Source: Marsupella aquatica (lineage: Eukaryota; Plantae; Marchantiophyta). From it: DNA of 64,000 bases. The stretch lies in contig OZ316893.1 of assembly GCA_973895155.1 (NCBI GenBank), forward strand, positions 16,212,645 to 16,276,644. The letters run 5' to 3'. Position numbers and translations under genes: made by a program. Under the pieces are notes generated by a model. It ran no database searches. It worked only from the letters and a program-made list of their open reading frames with translations, and was not told the origin of the DNA. This document shows, piece by piece, positions 1-13,439 of the stretch; within the stretch, counting starts at the first letter, position 1, and each line of letters starts with the position of its first letter.

Positions 1-1245
1 AAATCATATTCTTGTAACAACAATGCCCATCGTGCAAGCTTTCAAGTAAGCTTGTCAAACTCCATTAACCACTTGAGAGGCTGATGATCAATGATCAAAG
101 TGAATGGATTACCAAACAAGTAGCAACAAGTGTGCAACAGCCCACACTGTTGCCAAACACTCTTCCTCATAAGAGCTATACTTAGCCTCCATTGAATTGT
201 TTGATCTACTTGCATTTGTCACAACAACCTCATCATCCCTTTTGAGTTAGTACTGCTCCAAGTCCTACTCCATACCAATCAATGTGCAGCTAAAATAGTC
301 TTCCTGGAATGGGTCTTCTGAAAATAGGGGATGACGCCAATCTTTCCTTCAACTCATGAAAGGCATGCTCCTGGTCATCACCCCAAATCCACTCCTGGTC
401 CAACTTAGAGAGTATGGTTAAAGGCTTAACAAGCTGGCTAAATCCTTTAACATACCTCCTATAGTAGCTTGCCAATCCCAAGAATGCACAAACTCTACTC
501 ACATTAGTAGGACAAGGAATCTTTGTAATGGCCTCCACCTTAGTCTACTAGCACACACCAAATCGCCCTAGGTAGATAGTGTGGCCCAAGTACTCAATCT
601 GGTCTTGAAAGGACTTACACTTGCAAGGATGGAGTTTCAACCCATGTTCTCTCGATCTCTCCAACACAATTTGTAAGTGTTGTAGATGTCTTCCATAGTA
701 GATGAATAGACCAGAATATCATTAATATAGCATCTAACAAAGTCCAAACTTGCAAGAATTTGATACATAACTCTATGGAATTTAGCTTGTGCATTCTTTA
801 ACCCAAATGGTAAGAACAATCACTAATACAAATGATCCTTGCCATACATATCAATTCCCCAGAAGGCTATATTGGACCTGTTTGAATGCCTAATTGGCAA
901 CTGATGATACCCCGCTCTGAGGTCCAATGAACTAAAAACCTTTGCATGCCCCATAACATCAAAGATCTCCTCTAGTGTGGGCATGGCATATTAATCAGAT
1001 TTTTTCTGACGATTAATAGATCGGTAATCACCACACATTTGCCTATCCGTGTAATTGCCATGCACATCCTTCTTGGCTGGAATAACTCTGACAGATGCAT
1101 ACTCCCCGTATGAGATCTCCACAAAACTAGCCTCCAATAAATCCTGAGTTCTGCTCCGGATCAAGGACCTCTCCATGTCACTATACCGATATGGTCTATG
1201 AAACATGAGAGTGAGAGAAATGAGTTTGAACAATGTGCACATCTA
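1..1245 (-). pseudogene. Degenerate Ty3/Gypsy pol fragment (RT-RNase H), same broad clade as the element at 15-30 kb
   Basis: ORF pieces give PAKKD..RQMCGDYRSINR, LPFGLKNAQAKF, CYINDILVYS, FLGLASYYRRYVKGFS, and KLARWALLLQEYDF at the window start. Many stops and frameshifts. Confidence 0.9.
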
Positions 1246-4200
1246 CTGTACTAAGTTCCCCTTGTGGTTTAATTTTTCCCCTTGTGGTTTAATTGAGTTG
1301 ATTGTCATATAGCATGTTCATCCTACTACATGCCTATTTCGACTTATCTGAAAATTGATTGTCATTACCTATAAGCAATGAAAATTTGTACTGTATGTGC
1401 ACAACTCTTATTGTATGTGCACAACTCTTTAGTAACTTTGTACTTTCTTGGTCATAATGTGCTTTCCTTTGCATATGTACTTATGGTTTCGTGTGTTATA
1501 TCACTCACGCTTAATTAACAGATATTAATTTTTTTGTATACACTTCACATGTATCTACTTCTTTTATCATAAAATTAATTAAATGATTTACATATCATTA
1601 CAAAAAATAGGCATGTTCCAGGATGAACATGCTATATATAGTAGTAGGAATAGAGAGCATATGTAGCATCATTTAATTTCAGTTTTCAAAATCTTAATTC
1701 ATCAATACATCTTCAAGCCGGGGACACATATTGCCTCCCCAAAAAAGGTGCAACTAGTGCACAATTTCTGGCACTACAATGACTGTGCTCAAACATGAAA
1801 GGAAAGAAGTCAAAAGTTACTTGTGAAAGCAATTTTATTCATTAGGCTCACTTCGTCACAACATGGAGAAGACAGATTGTCTACAATAGTTCATGCTCTC
1901 AGACAATAAGATCATCTCATGTGATGGAAAACCTAGAGGAAAATGGCTTGTGGCTAGGAGTGAAAGCAGGATGCAATATGTTCATTCCATCTGCAACTTT
2001 TGTCTCTGGACCATGGCTTCAAAAGTGACCCTTCTATCTTCTCCACCAATTTGTCTCCTTGCTATACCACATTTCACACGCATTAATTTATTTACCAACT
2101 CCAACTAAGCTAATGAAAAACACCCCAAGCCAAGTAACAAGAGGTCCACTGATGAATTTTAGTCAAGTTCAACTGTCTTATTCGTTGGTCAATGTAAGCG
2201 TGCGAGGAAATAGTAAACTTTTCCTCACATGAGCAAAAGTTTTACTCAGATGACGATCCCTATTCTTTGACAGCCAACTGACTTACAACAACTTGGTTGG
2301 TGACATCCAATTTTGGGACTCCTCTTTGGGTCATTTGCAGTCTTAAAAAAATACTAAAAATATAAAAGGTAACTAAAACGAAAAAAAATTAAAATCATTA
2401 TTGACTCCTTAACAACATTCTTCTTCTATCAAAATTATTGTTTGCTTGCATTATACAATACCTTGTTATTAGGCAGGGTATTTCATTACGGACCCCACTA
2501 GAGGTCCCTTCCAAAATTCCTGGCACCACAGTGTGTCACGTCAACAACAACTGCAACAAACAAGACTCGTCGGTTTTGTGAACGATAACATGCACAATTG
2601 AGGAAACATAGTTTATAGGGCCAAAAATCATTCAACGGACAGCTGTTAAGATGAGGAGAATCTACGGGCACCATGGGTTTCACTCTCGTAGGATTGCTTT
2701 CCGGGTGTATGAATGCTGTCCTTTTGGGTAGGAAGCCCTGACTGGCCGTTTTTCTCTGATGGGTCAGGGAGGGTACGGCTCGTCTGACTGATGCTGTCGT
2801 CGGAAGGACGGAAATATGGATTGGTGACTGACTAGGGTTGGAGCTGTATGACAATGAGAACTTTCTCGGAAGACGGGCAGACGTACCAGACCTTTCGAAG
2901 AAATTACACGATCCGGTCAGTACCAAAGAGGGACTGATGGGATTTACCGTACAATGCAATTTTGTATAGGTTGGCTCGACTGTAGTGTTTTCAACGGAGC
3001 GCCACGATCAATGACCATCCATAAGCTGTTTTTAGTTTATGGAATATTTAAAAAGGCAAGTAACGCAGGTCCCTTTTCTCAGACGGTCGCAGAAGGGGAG
3101 AGACATTCTTAGAAGATACGGTAGCCTGATGACGTCAGCTGATTAAAAGAGAAGATGTCTGTCTCTGGAGTCCCAAGTTATGTTACGGCAATCACGGTCG
3201 AAAGCGATTCCTGAAAAGTGGGTGTGGCGTTACGAAGATTCATTCAAGAGGACCTTCTCATTGGGTAGTTGAGCGAAGTCCTCCAGATGATGTCAGCAGG
3301 GTGTCGAAACGGACGACTAAAGATTTTCCAGACAGCCGGCAGAACACTCCAGAGTATTTCCACTGCCACTACAGTTTTACCGACCCAATTGTTTGGTGGC
3401 TGGCTCAACTGCGAGCCTAAACGGGTGGACCTCGTTTTCGCTCTCGAATTGCACCGTTGTGAATTGGCGAGCCAGTAAGGGGAATCGAAGTCGTGGGTTG
3501 TTCTTCCACTGGTGGGACACGAGGATGATGGGAGACAACTGGATTTGTTCTGAGCCCTCGGTGTACATCGGTGAGTCAACTTTTTGACCCATATCAAACG
3601 CACAATGATGGGAGCCATTGTGGGGCATAACATCTGTACTTACTTCTTCTCAACTCGCTGGGGACGATACTTTCAGATTGCATGGCCCGTGAGGGGCGGC
3701 ATGAATTTATAGTAGCAGTTTTTGTCTACCCTCACTGAGTCACCTTGTCAACTCCCGACTTTCACGCAACGCAAGAGACGAGAGCTACTACAGGGGTTCT
3801 GACGAGGGGTGTTTGAGGTAGACGAGATCCAGAAGCTATTTCCTCAGATAGATCTTGGAAATGATTGCAAGTTAAGACGGGAGCAGCTGAATACAATTTC
3901 AGCTAGCACTAAATTGGTTTCCGCAACTGACTGTAATAGATTTTTGGAGCCCGGGGCACAAATTCGTGGCCCGCTCACGGGACCAAATGTGTCCCCTCTC
4001 AGGAAACTCCGTGTGATAGTGCTGGCTCTTTCGGCTGTCCTTACTCTCGGTGGTGAGGTAAATTTGTACACTTCTACGCTGATTTGAAATGAAAAAGGCT
4101 TCAGAAGACGTAATATTTGAATGACTTGAAAGAGTATATATCCTCTGAGAATCTCGATTTATCAGCGCTTGGAAGATTCTGAGTCAGTTTTAGGAAAATC

Positions 4201-4998
4201 TAAATATTTGGAGGTCAGCAGGTGACGGCCAGAAAATGTAAATAAACTTCTGCGTTAAGTTCGTGCCAGATAAAAAATAATTAATCTGGACTCAGACCAC
4301 GGTAGTCGGTGGTCCAGGTCACTTCTCTCCTGGAATCAAGCAAGCAATAAAGCTAAAGAACTAGGCCCCACCAAAGATGGTCAACAAACACTGATAATTT
4401 ATTCACTCGAAATACAACTAAAAGTCGGGACTACAATGTACTGTTACAGTGGTGATAAGGTTGGGAACGAGGACGTATAGCAGCTGGGCTAGCTGCTTTC
4501 ACTGCTCTCGATGGATGACTCACAACCACTCCAAAACAAAATTCGATTGCCACGGTCCGTCATAGATATGCAGGTGCAATCATAACTCTAGTCCACACCT
4601 TTTTTTGGGGGGTGGGGGGGGGGAGGGGGCGAGCATATGTAAAGCGCTACAGTCATAGACTCATAGCTGTTTATCTGATCGTCCCAAGCCTCCTGGAGTC
4701 GCATAGTTAAATTGATATCTTTCAAGTGATCTCTGGTGTAGGGTGTTAGGGTCGTTGACATAAATTCGCCAATCATAACATACTTTGGTCCTTTGGAGTC
4801 GAAGTCCTCTAACGATACCGTTGATGAAAGGCCATCAATCGCCCTCTCTTTTCGTAATTTCATTTGCCACAGCGATCAATTCGGAAACCGTGTCTTGAGA
4901 AAATGATGTTTCCCCCGACTGGAATCACAAACCAGACTAATTAGGAAAAATATCATAACATGGTGAATTAAGAAAGCAGCCCAGATGGGTTGAGACAT

Positions 4999-5451
4999 TG
5001 TTAGTGCCCCTCCGCATGGACTGCAGAAAGTTAGCAGCCACTCTTACATCTGGTTAAATTACTTGGACTGCATTTTAATAGTAGTTAAGGGTTACTGAGG
5101 TTAGACTAGTGATGAAAACCTACACCTTGGATGAGCATGTGATTGTGCCAGAGTGTGCTCATACTTTAGACATCAATTTCAGGAGTGAAAGACTAACAGC
5201 AAGAGAAGATGACTTTGTCAGAGAGCAAATATTGAGCTTATTAGGCTTATATGGCAGATGTACTGGCTATGCATAATGTTCTTGCCTTGGCAGTAGAGGT
5301 AGCCTAGATGGGGTGAACCCTGCATCATTTGTCCTTGTCAATTTCTGGATTGTACACTGGTTACATGTGAAATTGTGTTATGCAATATTATTGTCTCAAC
5401 ACTTCCAAGTGTCTTTCAATCCAATTTTATCATAACAACTGGTATCAAAGC
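4999..5451 (+). mobile_element. LTR remnant followed by a tRNA-iMet primer-binding site
   Basis: Starts TGTTAG at 4999, ends ...CATAACA at 5437, then TGGTATCAAAGC at 5440-5451. Shares blocks with 8950-9266 (aaggg.tactgaggtta.actagtg; ccaattttatc). Confidence 0.65.
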
Positions 5452-5569
5452 TTGGTTCGTGAAAGATGTTGAGTATTGCTCTTAGTCTTGTGACTCTAGG
5501 GCTAACCACAGTTAGGCTAACTCAGGTTAGGATTTAGCTAAGGTTAGCAGTGATGCATGCTGTATATAA

Positions 5570-5829
5570 CTAGGGCCGATGCCAGTCCCTGGTGGATCTT
5601 CAGTTCATTGTTGGAGTGGAGCAAGAGAGAAGTAACGGTCTCTTGTTTTCCCATGGATGTAGCCTCAGTCGTGAGGTGAACCACATACTCGCTGTGTCGA
5701 CTACTTTATATGGTGTTTACCTGTGCATGGTGTCTCGGGATAAGGATTATCCCCAACGAAGGGATTATCCCCAACAAAAGAGAGTGAGGGAAGTTTTGTA
5801 ATCAATCATTTATTTTTTTAAACACAACA
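5570..5829 (+). mobile_element. Partial LTR related to the Copia LTR at 22902
   Basis: ccatggatgtagcctcagtcgtgaggtgaaccacatactcgctgtgtcgact resembles ccgtggacgtagcctcaaggaggtgaaccacgtatctcttgtgtcgact in the 22902-23322 LTR. Ends in ...caaca. Confidence 0.55.
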
Positions 5830-6349
5830 AAAGTGGAAAATATTTCAATTGATGAGTTGATTGACATTGTTGCAATCCCCTGGGGGATCACTTAGTGTAG
5901 AAACCCCCTAAAATGTTTGCAAAATTAATCTGTGGACCCCCATGTTATTTTAGAGGCACTTATCTAGAAACTGAAGCCTAGATGGACTTCCAAATCTAAA
6001 GAAAAAATATTCAAAACTGGACAAGTCAATGTTTGACACTTGAAACAGTTGCCAAACTTACCAAGGCAACCATAATTAATATCAATAGTAAAACCAGCTG
6101 CAATGTGAACTATGTTTAATGTGTGGGTAGCTTTTGCCCACTTCAGCAAAACGGTGCTCGAAAGTTTCTTCCACGGTACCGACCGGATGCTAGATGCACT
6201 CAAGTTGCATCGAAAGTAATCACTTTCAATTCCTACACGCAGATAGACGAAGAGAGAGAAGTCATTGGTGTCATCAAATCATTAACTTTGCATAATCATT
6301 TGAGACAAAAAGTTTCATGGAAGCAAATCTCCAATTGTGGAATTTGGAA

Positions 6350-6570
6350 TCGATCGAAAGCTAAAGAAATTTAGAAACTCATGACCACTTTAGTACTTGA
6401 AAAAATCTCCCAATGTTACATTCATTGGAAAGCTAAAGAACATTGGAAACTTATAATCTCCTCAGAACTCAACTAAATCTATCAATGTTAAGTTCATTAA
6501 AAAGCTAAAGAATTTTAAAATTCATAATCTCTTTAGTACTCAATAAAATCTGTCAATTTTAGGTTCATTC
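6350..6570. repeat. Diverged ~72-bp tandem repeat, about 3 copies
   Basis: aaagctaaagaa recurs at about 6357, 6429 and 6501 with similar flanks. Confidence 0.7.
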
Positions 6571-8134
6571 TCATGGAGGGGGTCAACATTTAAGGGGTTG
6601 TACAACAAAGTTTTTATTCACGTTAGAGATTATGAAATCACGGGAAAATTTTATTTTTCAAATTACTTACTCAATTCTTACCGAATGATGACAATGCTGA
6701 GCTCATCAGGACCGTCTATTCAAGATCTTTCTAACGTCATATTATACGTGAGTTTTCATTATGATTTTACTCAGCAATGTCAAATTGAAAATTGCTACCG
6801 AGAAAATTTTATGTTTTGAATAAAATCAAAATGTAAATAAAACAGTTATTGGGAGCAGTTTTACCTCAATCTTTTGTCTTTTGATTTGCATGTCAGTTTT
6901 TTTTACATTCTTTTTTACGGCATGGCGTCCCAGTTTTTACAGAAAACTTGCCACAAACACGAATGCAGAAGTTAATTTTATCCGAAAACAAGTCTCTTCC
7001 TGTTTGCAGCGTGCCATGATGATGTGGCATGCTGTGGAGCCAGGAATTTTGCAAAGGACCCCCAATGGGGGTCCGTAAATAATAATTAAATTTGAGAAAA
7101 TAAATTAGAAAGTAGAAACCCTTGCATCCCTTCTTATATGACTTTTGACAGATTATATATCTTGTTCAATATAAAAAATAATACTTTTGCCAAAGCTGGA
7201 TTCACAAGTGTCTTTAATATAAAATTTTGATTATAAGTAGTAGCCCAACGGGATCAGAAATGGCACTCCTTTAATCCCACCCAGTTCAATTGATCCAACG
7301 AGTGATTCCCTTGAGCTGCTATCTGAATTAGAAATTGATAGATTGTTCACATTTGATCAAGAAATATATTATTACAGGTTTGACAAATTTGGGTTCACTA
7401 TGGTGTTTTTTCAATTATTGAATGAAACAGAACGCTGAGTGCTCGGATCAGGATTTTTTTAAGGGACTTAAGAAGAGCATGTCTTTTTGGATGGAATGGT
7501 GTGTCATTAATCAACAGTAGCAAAATTGGTCCTTGGTAAACAATATCATGTCAGTTTCAAGTTCATGAATGCTCGATCCAATACTTTGTCAGGTAGACTT
7601 AATTCTAGTTAATTCTAGCAAAAGAGGATCTAGTTACCTTCAAAATTTTCCGTGGAGATTCATATAAGTAGTCTGTTGTACATTTGCTTTCTTGGCAACC
7701 AAAAAATTGTGAAATGAGTCATGGGACCTAGTGGTATAGAAGCTGGTGGCCAGCAAAGATATTTGCCTCAATGAGGGACCATCATTGAATGAGGGGCAGA
7801 AAATAACTGCCTTAAACTCCTTATGCTCACAAGATTGATGAGAGCTTGAGCATGAGTATGTATAGCACCAACACCAACACCAACTGATTTGGGAGGAAGA
7901 AAATCATTTAGAATATCATCTTCATAACCATCAAGAATTCCAGTAAGTATGGTACGTGATATCCCATGAAGATATAGTATATCGAGCTGCCAAAAAATGG
8001 AGGGCGCCAAACCGGGAGACATGATCCCTCAGACAAAAGACCCAATCAAGGGGGGGACCACCAAGGGGCCAAGAAAGGCAAGAAATCAAAGAAACAAAGA
8101 ACTACCGCAGACCCAAAAAAACAGGACCCAAAGC

Positions 8135-8389
8135 CTACCTATCAGCAAACTGAAGAGCCTGGTATAGCTCCGGTGTGAACTGCATGGGAGGGTCAAGCAA
8201 AGGAATCCTACTAGAGGACCTAAGCCCAAGAATGGTGAACGCCTGTGCCTGCTGAAGCGCAATAGTCACCCTCTGTCTAAAAAATGCGGTGATGACAGAC
8301 ACTGGGGGATAGGACCTCCGCTCGACGTACTGAACTGTGCAAGAGCGTAGAAAATGGTCAAAGGATAAGTGTAGCACCCCAAGATACAT
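8135..8389 (-). pseudogene. 3' fragment of a non-LTR retrotransposon (restriction-like endonuclease type C-terminus)
   Basis: Translated tail FFRQRVTIALQQAQAFTIL resembles the QRxSxAxQRxNA end of RLE-type non-LTR elements. It interrupts a Copia remnant. Confidence 0.45.
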
Positions 8390-9266
8390 ATGAAACAAAA
8401 CCTTGTATCGCAGTCTTCTTTTGAAGTTGAGTACCTCGCAGCAGCAAAAGCTACATAATAGGTACTTTGGTTGAACATGCAGGTCTGGAATCTGGGGACC
8501 CAGCCACAGCCATATGAATGAGTGAATCCACATTCTGACAATAGAAGTGCTTTGCACATTGTGAGTAATCAGGAAGCACATAAATATGAGATATGTTTTC
8601 TTAGGTAATTAGTGTTTGATAGCCAGATTGAATTCTTCAAGATAGATTGATGGCAAGCTCAATCACTTTGATATGCTGACCCAAATTATTCATGTACTGA
8701 TTTTACTAGAAACTACAAGATATTGCAGAGTTTTGACATACACCAATTAGTTAGTAAGCTTCTATGTATGTATAGATTAGTTGACAGATTGTCAATTATG
8801 TCTTAATTCTAGCTAAAGTGGGGAGTTACCTTTTAGAATTTCTGTTGGAGATACAAATAAAGAATGGAGTAAGTTTGCAAAATAGTTAACTCAGACTAGA
8901 CTTAAGGAGGAATTTGTTTGCTACTCTAAGTCTAGTGGCTGGTTAGGTTTACTAAAGCATATTTGAACCATGGTCAAGGGCTACTGAGGTTATACTAGTG
9001 GAGATGGCCTATACCCTAGAAGAGCATTTCATTGTGCTCACACTAGAGATCAGTCGGTCTTCAACAGTTGAAGATTGGAGAAAGAGATGAGGTGATTGTC
9101 ATAGGCTTGCCAGGCTACGGCGGATGGATGGTGTTAGTAGAGTGATTGTTTTCTCTCGGCCATGGACATAACTCAAACGGGGAGAAGCATGTATCTTTGG
9201 TTGTGCATCAATTGTATATTTTACACTAGTTCATATGACGTTGTGTTATCCAATTTTATCTCAACA
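8390..9266 (+). mobile_element. Copia remnant: RNase H fragment plus 3' LTR
   Basis: Plus-strand translation KQNLVSQSSFEVEYLAAAKA..LWL..HSDNRSALHI..KHINMRY at 8390-8600. LTR-like block similar to 4999-5437 ends in ...tctcaaca at 9266. Confidence 0.7.
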
Positions 9267-10489
9267 GTAATAAAGAAAAGAAAAAGTGACGCATTGCATC
9301 TTGGAGAAAATTTTGGGAGGACTTTTGTGAAAAACACCCTGCATAATTTGGGCCTGAGTAGAAAACTACCACTTTTAATGAAGTACACTTGTATTGCTCA
9401 CACTGGAGTAAAGTGCATAGGAGGGTCTTAGAATTTGTAAATTTGCTTAGAGTCCATAAGAGCAACAACCTCGGCACTATGTCGAAAAGTGCAGGCTTAA
9501 GCCCTCTAGTGCAACAAACATCCCCTATCTAAAAAAGGCAATGAGGACTCTAAACAATGATTCCAAACTACTACAGGGATCAGAGCAATGGTCAAGTTTT
9601 TCTTCAGTATGAGTAACCCAAGGATCTTATTATAATTCAATCTTGTTTTCCTTCAAGTTGCTCAACATAGCCTGGTGTTCTCTCAGACTTACTGTGGAGA
9701 TGTTCAATGCCTTTTTATGGCATGTCCACAAAAAGTTTTTCCAGGTCAATGCCTTCCCCTTACGTTTCTGTGAATTCCTTTTATATAGTATAAATCATTT
9801 GTATTGCAGGTGAGGGGTCTGTAAGTGGGTTGTAACGAGATTCTTTCACTCTGATTAAATGTCCATTCCATCACTAAAAATCAAGTTTTGTACTTTCCAT
9901 ACTAGGCCCCTTCCTGAAACAGGTGACAAAAGAGAAATGAACAGCTCCTCTACTCTGAAAGGGTAAGTCGTCCTACTTAAATTATATGTATTTTGCTTTG
10001 CAAGGCATCCTTTACTGTTGAGGACTCTGTAAACCTGAATAAAACAAAGTTACTTCTTTGTTTTGAGCGTTTGTGACTGCCATCTTCCCCCAAACATAGG
10101 GCCTGGGCATTGTGTTAATAAATGGACTTCTTTGGTCTCATAAAAAAAAGTACTTGTAACTCAAACACAATGCCTGGGCGTTATGTTCTCAACGACAAAG
10201 TGGGCATTTGAATTTGGTGTTGTGTTCACCTTTGACCCAAATAAAACTAACAACATTGAATACCAAAGGTGAGAGTTCAGGGATTGCATGACACAACTAT
10301 ATACTGTGAGCTTCATTCTTAGAGGCAGATCAAAATGGGCAATTGGAATGGTTGTCTGATCAATTGAGAGTCCTATTGAGAGCAATCTCAAACATGCAGT
10401 CACATTTCAAACCCAACACAACAAGTACAAAAAACCAAACTTAGTGCTGGTTGGACTCCGTCAAAATTTGAACATAACAACACTGTTCA

Positions 10490-10790
10490 CCTTAATTAGT
10501 GTTATGCAAGTCAGAATTAGTGTTAGTAACACTAATTTTGGTGAAAATGATTTGGAGTCTAAGTAACACTAATTTTTTCCGGGTTTTTCAGAATTTTCAC
10601 TTTTGTTTAAATTGCTAGTAACACTAATTTTTGTGGATCTTACAAATTAGTGTTTTTCCCTTTATTTTCTGACTCTTTAGACCACAGTAACACTTTATCA
10701 TTTGCACAAAAATAGTGTTAGCACAAAATTAATGACTAACACTAATTTGCAAATAAACATTGAAAATTGAGATCTCAAATTAGTGAAATA
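10490..10790. repeat. AT-rich fold-back region of AATTAGTGTT / AACACTAATT units (MITE-like)
   Basis: About ten copies of the motif in both orientations, including the near-palindrome aattagtgttagtaacactaatt. Confidence 0.55.
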
Positions 10791-11189
10791 AAATCCTGGA
10801 TGGACCGAGACATTGTCCGAGCCCATCCCCATCTATTGCATGAAGCAATTGTTGCTTGTACACCAAAAAGAAAAAGGAACTTGTTGAGGATTGTAGTTGA
10901 CTACTTTGACTACCTTGGGGAGAAAGTAATCAAGACATCATGGTGATCATGAGTAATAGTATGATGTCTTTCAGATTCAAGCTAGTCAAGTTGTCAACTT
11001 ATTCAGAAAATTGTTTCAATAGTGTAATTAAAACCGGTTGCAAAAAGATAAAGAGATTGTTTCCAGGTCATATTTTAGTTTAAACTTTAAAAATATTATC
11101 TGATTTAATTTGAAAATTCTGATAAAGTTTATTCAAGCTTTACCAGTCCATCTAAGTTTTATAGACAAAGTATAGATCCATGAGACATA

Positions 11190-11295
11190 TGCTTGATGGG
11201 CCCTCTGGTGAAACTTTCTTACCTGATGGGCCCCTACGAAACAATTTTTACCTAATAGGCCCCTAGGAATGTTTTTTTACCAAATAGGCCCCCTC
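11190..11295. repeat. ~32-bp tandem repeat (gatgggccc / aataggccc), 4 copies
   Basis: The unit ttttacct.atgggcccct recurs four times. Confidence 0.65.
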
Positions 11296-11919
11296 TTAAT
11301 GAGCCGTGCTAACTGTTCTTCTGACCACAACAAGCCCTATGTTGTACACTGTGTGTTTACGTCCAGTCCACCATGGTCCGCACCATAGTGAACCATGCTC
11401 CCAACCGAGCGCCAACAACACAATCAACAATGGGACCGTTCTAAATAGGGCGGGGGTTTAGCCATGAAGAGATATAATTGCATTATGTATTTGTGTGTTG
11501 TGAGGGGTTTAGGGTTGAATGTCACCGTTACCTGTCAATCATCGCTCTTTGATTCTTTGTGTTGCAGGAGGGTCCAAGCACTCGGGTTTTGTCGATGCTT
11601 GGGCTTTTGTCGACGCTCGATACTCGGATTTTGTTGATGCTCGATGTTTGGGTTTTGTCGATACCTTCAGGTTGTTGATTGAAGCCCAGTGCCTAGTCAG
11701 TGACCAAAAAAATGCTCATGGAAGTACCAGGATCATAATGATTGCACATGTACTCCAAACTGATAGTCACAGATAAAAATGTCGAGAAAACTATATGTGG
11801 AGCACGTGAAAGTAAGCCCTATGACTATTCCATTGTATGGTACAAATTCAAATCTGAAGACATAATCAATGTTTCCTTCATTTTGCAGTTGTGTAGCGTC
11901 CACTATTCAAATCCAAATA

Positions 11920-12079
11920 TATAGTTCATATTGTCTTCATTCTGCAGTTTGGTTAGTGACGCCCACAATTCCACGGTTCTCCTAATTGCGTCATTGTATA
12001 GTTCATATTGTCTTCATTCTGCAGTTTGGTTAGTGACGCCCACAATTCCACGGTTCTCCTAATTGCGTCATTGTATAGT
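11920..12079. repeat. Perfect 77-bp tandem duplication
   Basis: atagttcatattgtcttcattctgcag...gcgtcattgt starts at 11921 and again at 11998. Confidence 0.9.
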
Positions 12080-13439
12080 GTTGTTCTACCGTGCGAGGTT
12101 GGGTGCAAGGTTCGATAGTACAATTTACCTTACATTCATGGTTGATTATGGAGTTTTTTGTAAATGTAATTGATCATTGCATGAACCAAAAGTTGGTTAA
12201 AGTGGTTAGTTAAAATGACTGCTAGAAAAAAAATTGTCGCAAAAGTGTGAAAGGTGCCATTTCGGTAAAAAATAAATTATTGGGGCCATTATGTAAGAAA
12301 AGTACACCACACACGCCATCAAACATATACGGTACCTCATAGATCCGTCATGGCTTGAGTTTCTGTAATTAGTATTAATGACACTAAATATGATGAACAA
12401 TGTATTTAATTAAAGTATCCAAATATCCAATGGACCACTTTTCGAATGCAACTCCATGTTTGGTATGGATGGATAAATGCGATGGCATGTGGCCAGTACT
12501 TCTGGCGAATTTATAGGGAATTTCAAAAAGCGTCTATGAGCCAAACCGAACGTCAAATGTACTTTCCGATCGATTGGGGATAGAATCTACGGGGAGCATG
12601 TAACCCATAAACTAGAGCTCTCTCTCACCGTTGATTTGGAGATGAATGCGCTATCGAAGAGATTGACTGACTGAGACGCACCGTCTGCCATTTTGCAAAG
12701 AATTTGTACAGGGGTAAACCTAAGTTCTGGTCCTCAGCTACTGACTGGTGAGGTGTACGCGAGCCCATTTATGGAAAGAATCTGAACCAAGGACGTTACG
12801 AGATAGATACCGCAAACTGAAATGGCAATTGAGTTAAAAGTATTAAAGTTGGTCACCTGAAATTCATTCCCAGTTTCCCACGGTACCAGAGACAGTTAGA
12901 CAGACGTGGACTCCCTTTGGACAGTTAACGTTCTCCATTATGGCTGTGGACACAGACTTCCATTCCGCCATTCTGGTTCTACAGACCGGCCAGACAATAA
13001 ATAATCAAGTACGTACAGTACTAACATCCCCTCGAAGAAAGAGCAGCGTCTGCATGTCAGGGACTCCTCATCAATCAGAGCTAAATCGGTAGCGGTTGTC
13101 AGGAACGCAATTTAAAACCGAGATTCATTGCCTGGCAAGCAGTTATTCAAGGAATTTGTAGGCTTGACACTGTACGTCATCTGCTCGTACTTGTGGACGT
13201 CTTCCCTTAGATCGTTTCTGAAGCAAGAAGGGTGTGTGCGTGCGTGCGTTCGTTCGTGCGTGCGTGATCTCATGCGTGTGTTATTAGTGCAGTTTTTCGC
13301 TTGCGTGTGTGAGTACTAGTTGATTACCTGAGCGTCAATATAGAGGAGAAAAAAAACCAGGAAAAATATGCCGGAAACATTTGCTTGCTAAAACACATAA
13401 TAAAATATTTGATAGAACCCTGAGTTATCCAGATCGTTC

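Larger units (their letters stand above)
2479..7084. mobile_element. Putative non-autonomous DNA transposon bounded by ~65-bp imperfect terminal inverted repeats
   Basis: 2479-2543 (tatttcattacggaccccactagaggtcccttccaaaattcctggcaccacag...) is the reverse complement, with mismatches, of 7020-7084 (...ctgtggagccaggaattttgcaaaggacccccaatgggggtccgtaaataata). No TSD resolved and no recognisable transposase. Confidence 0.6.

Noticed and set aside
9780-10030. Small exons with GT-AG signals
   Set aside because: No coherent reading frame or recognisable protein.
12500-13400. Host gene promoter or 5' UTR (ACGT motifs, GTGC microsatellite)
   Set aside because: Suggestive composition only; no downstream coding exon could be identified.
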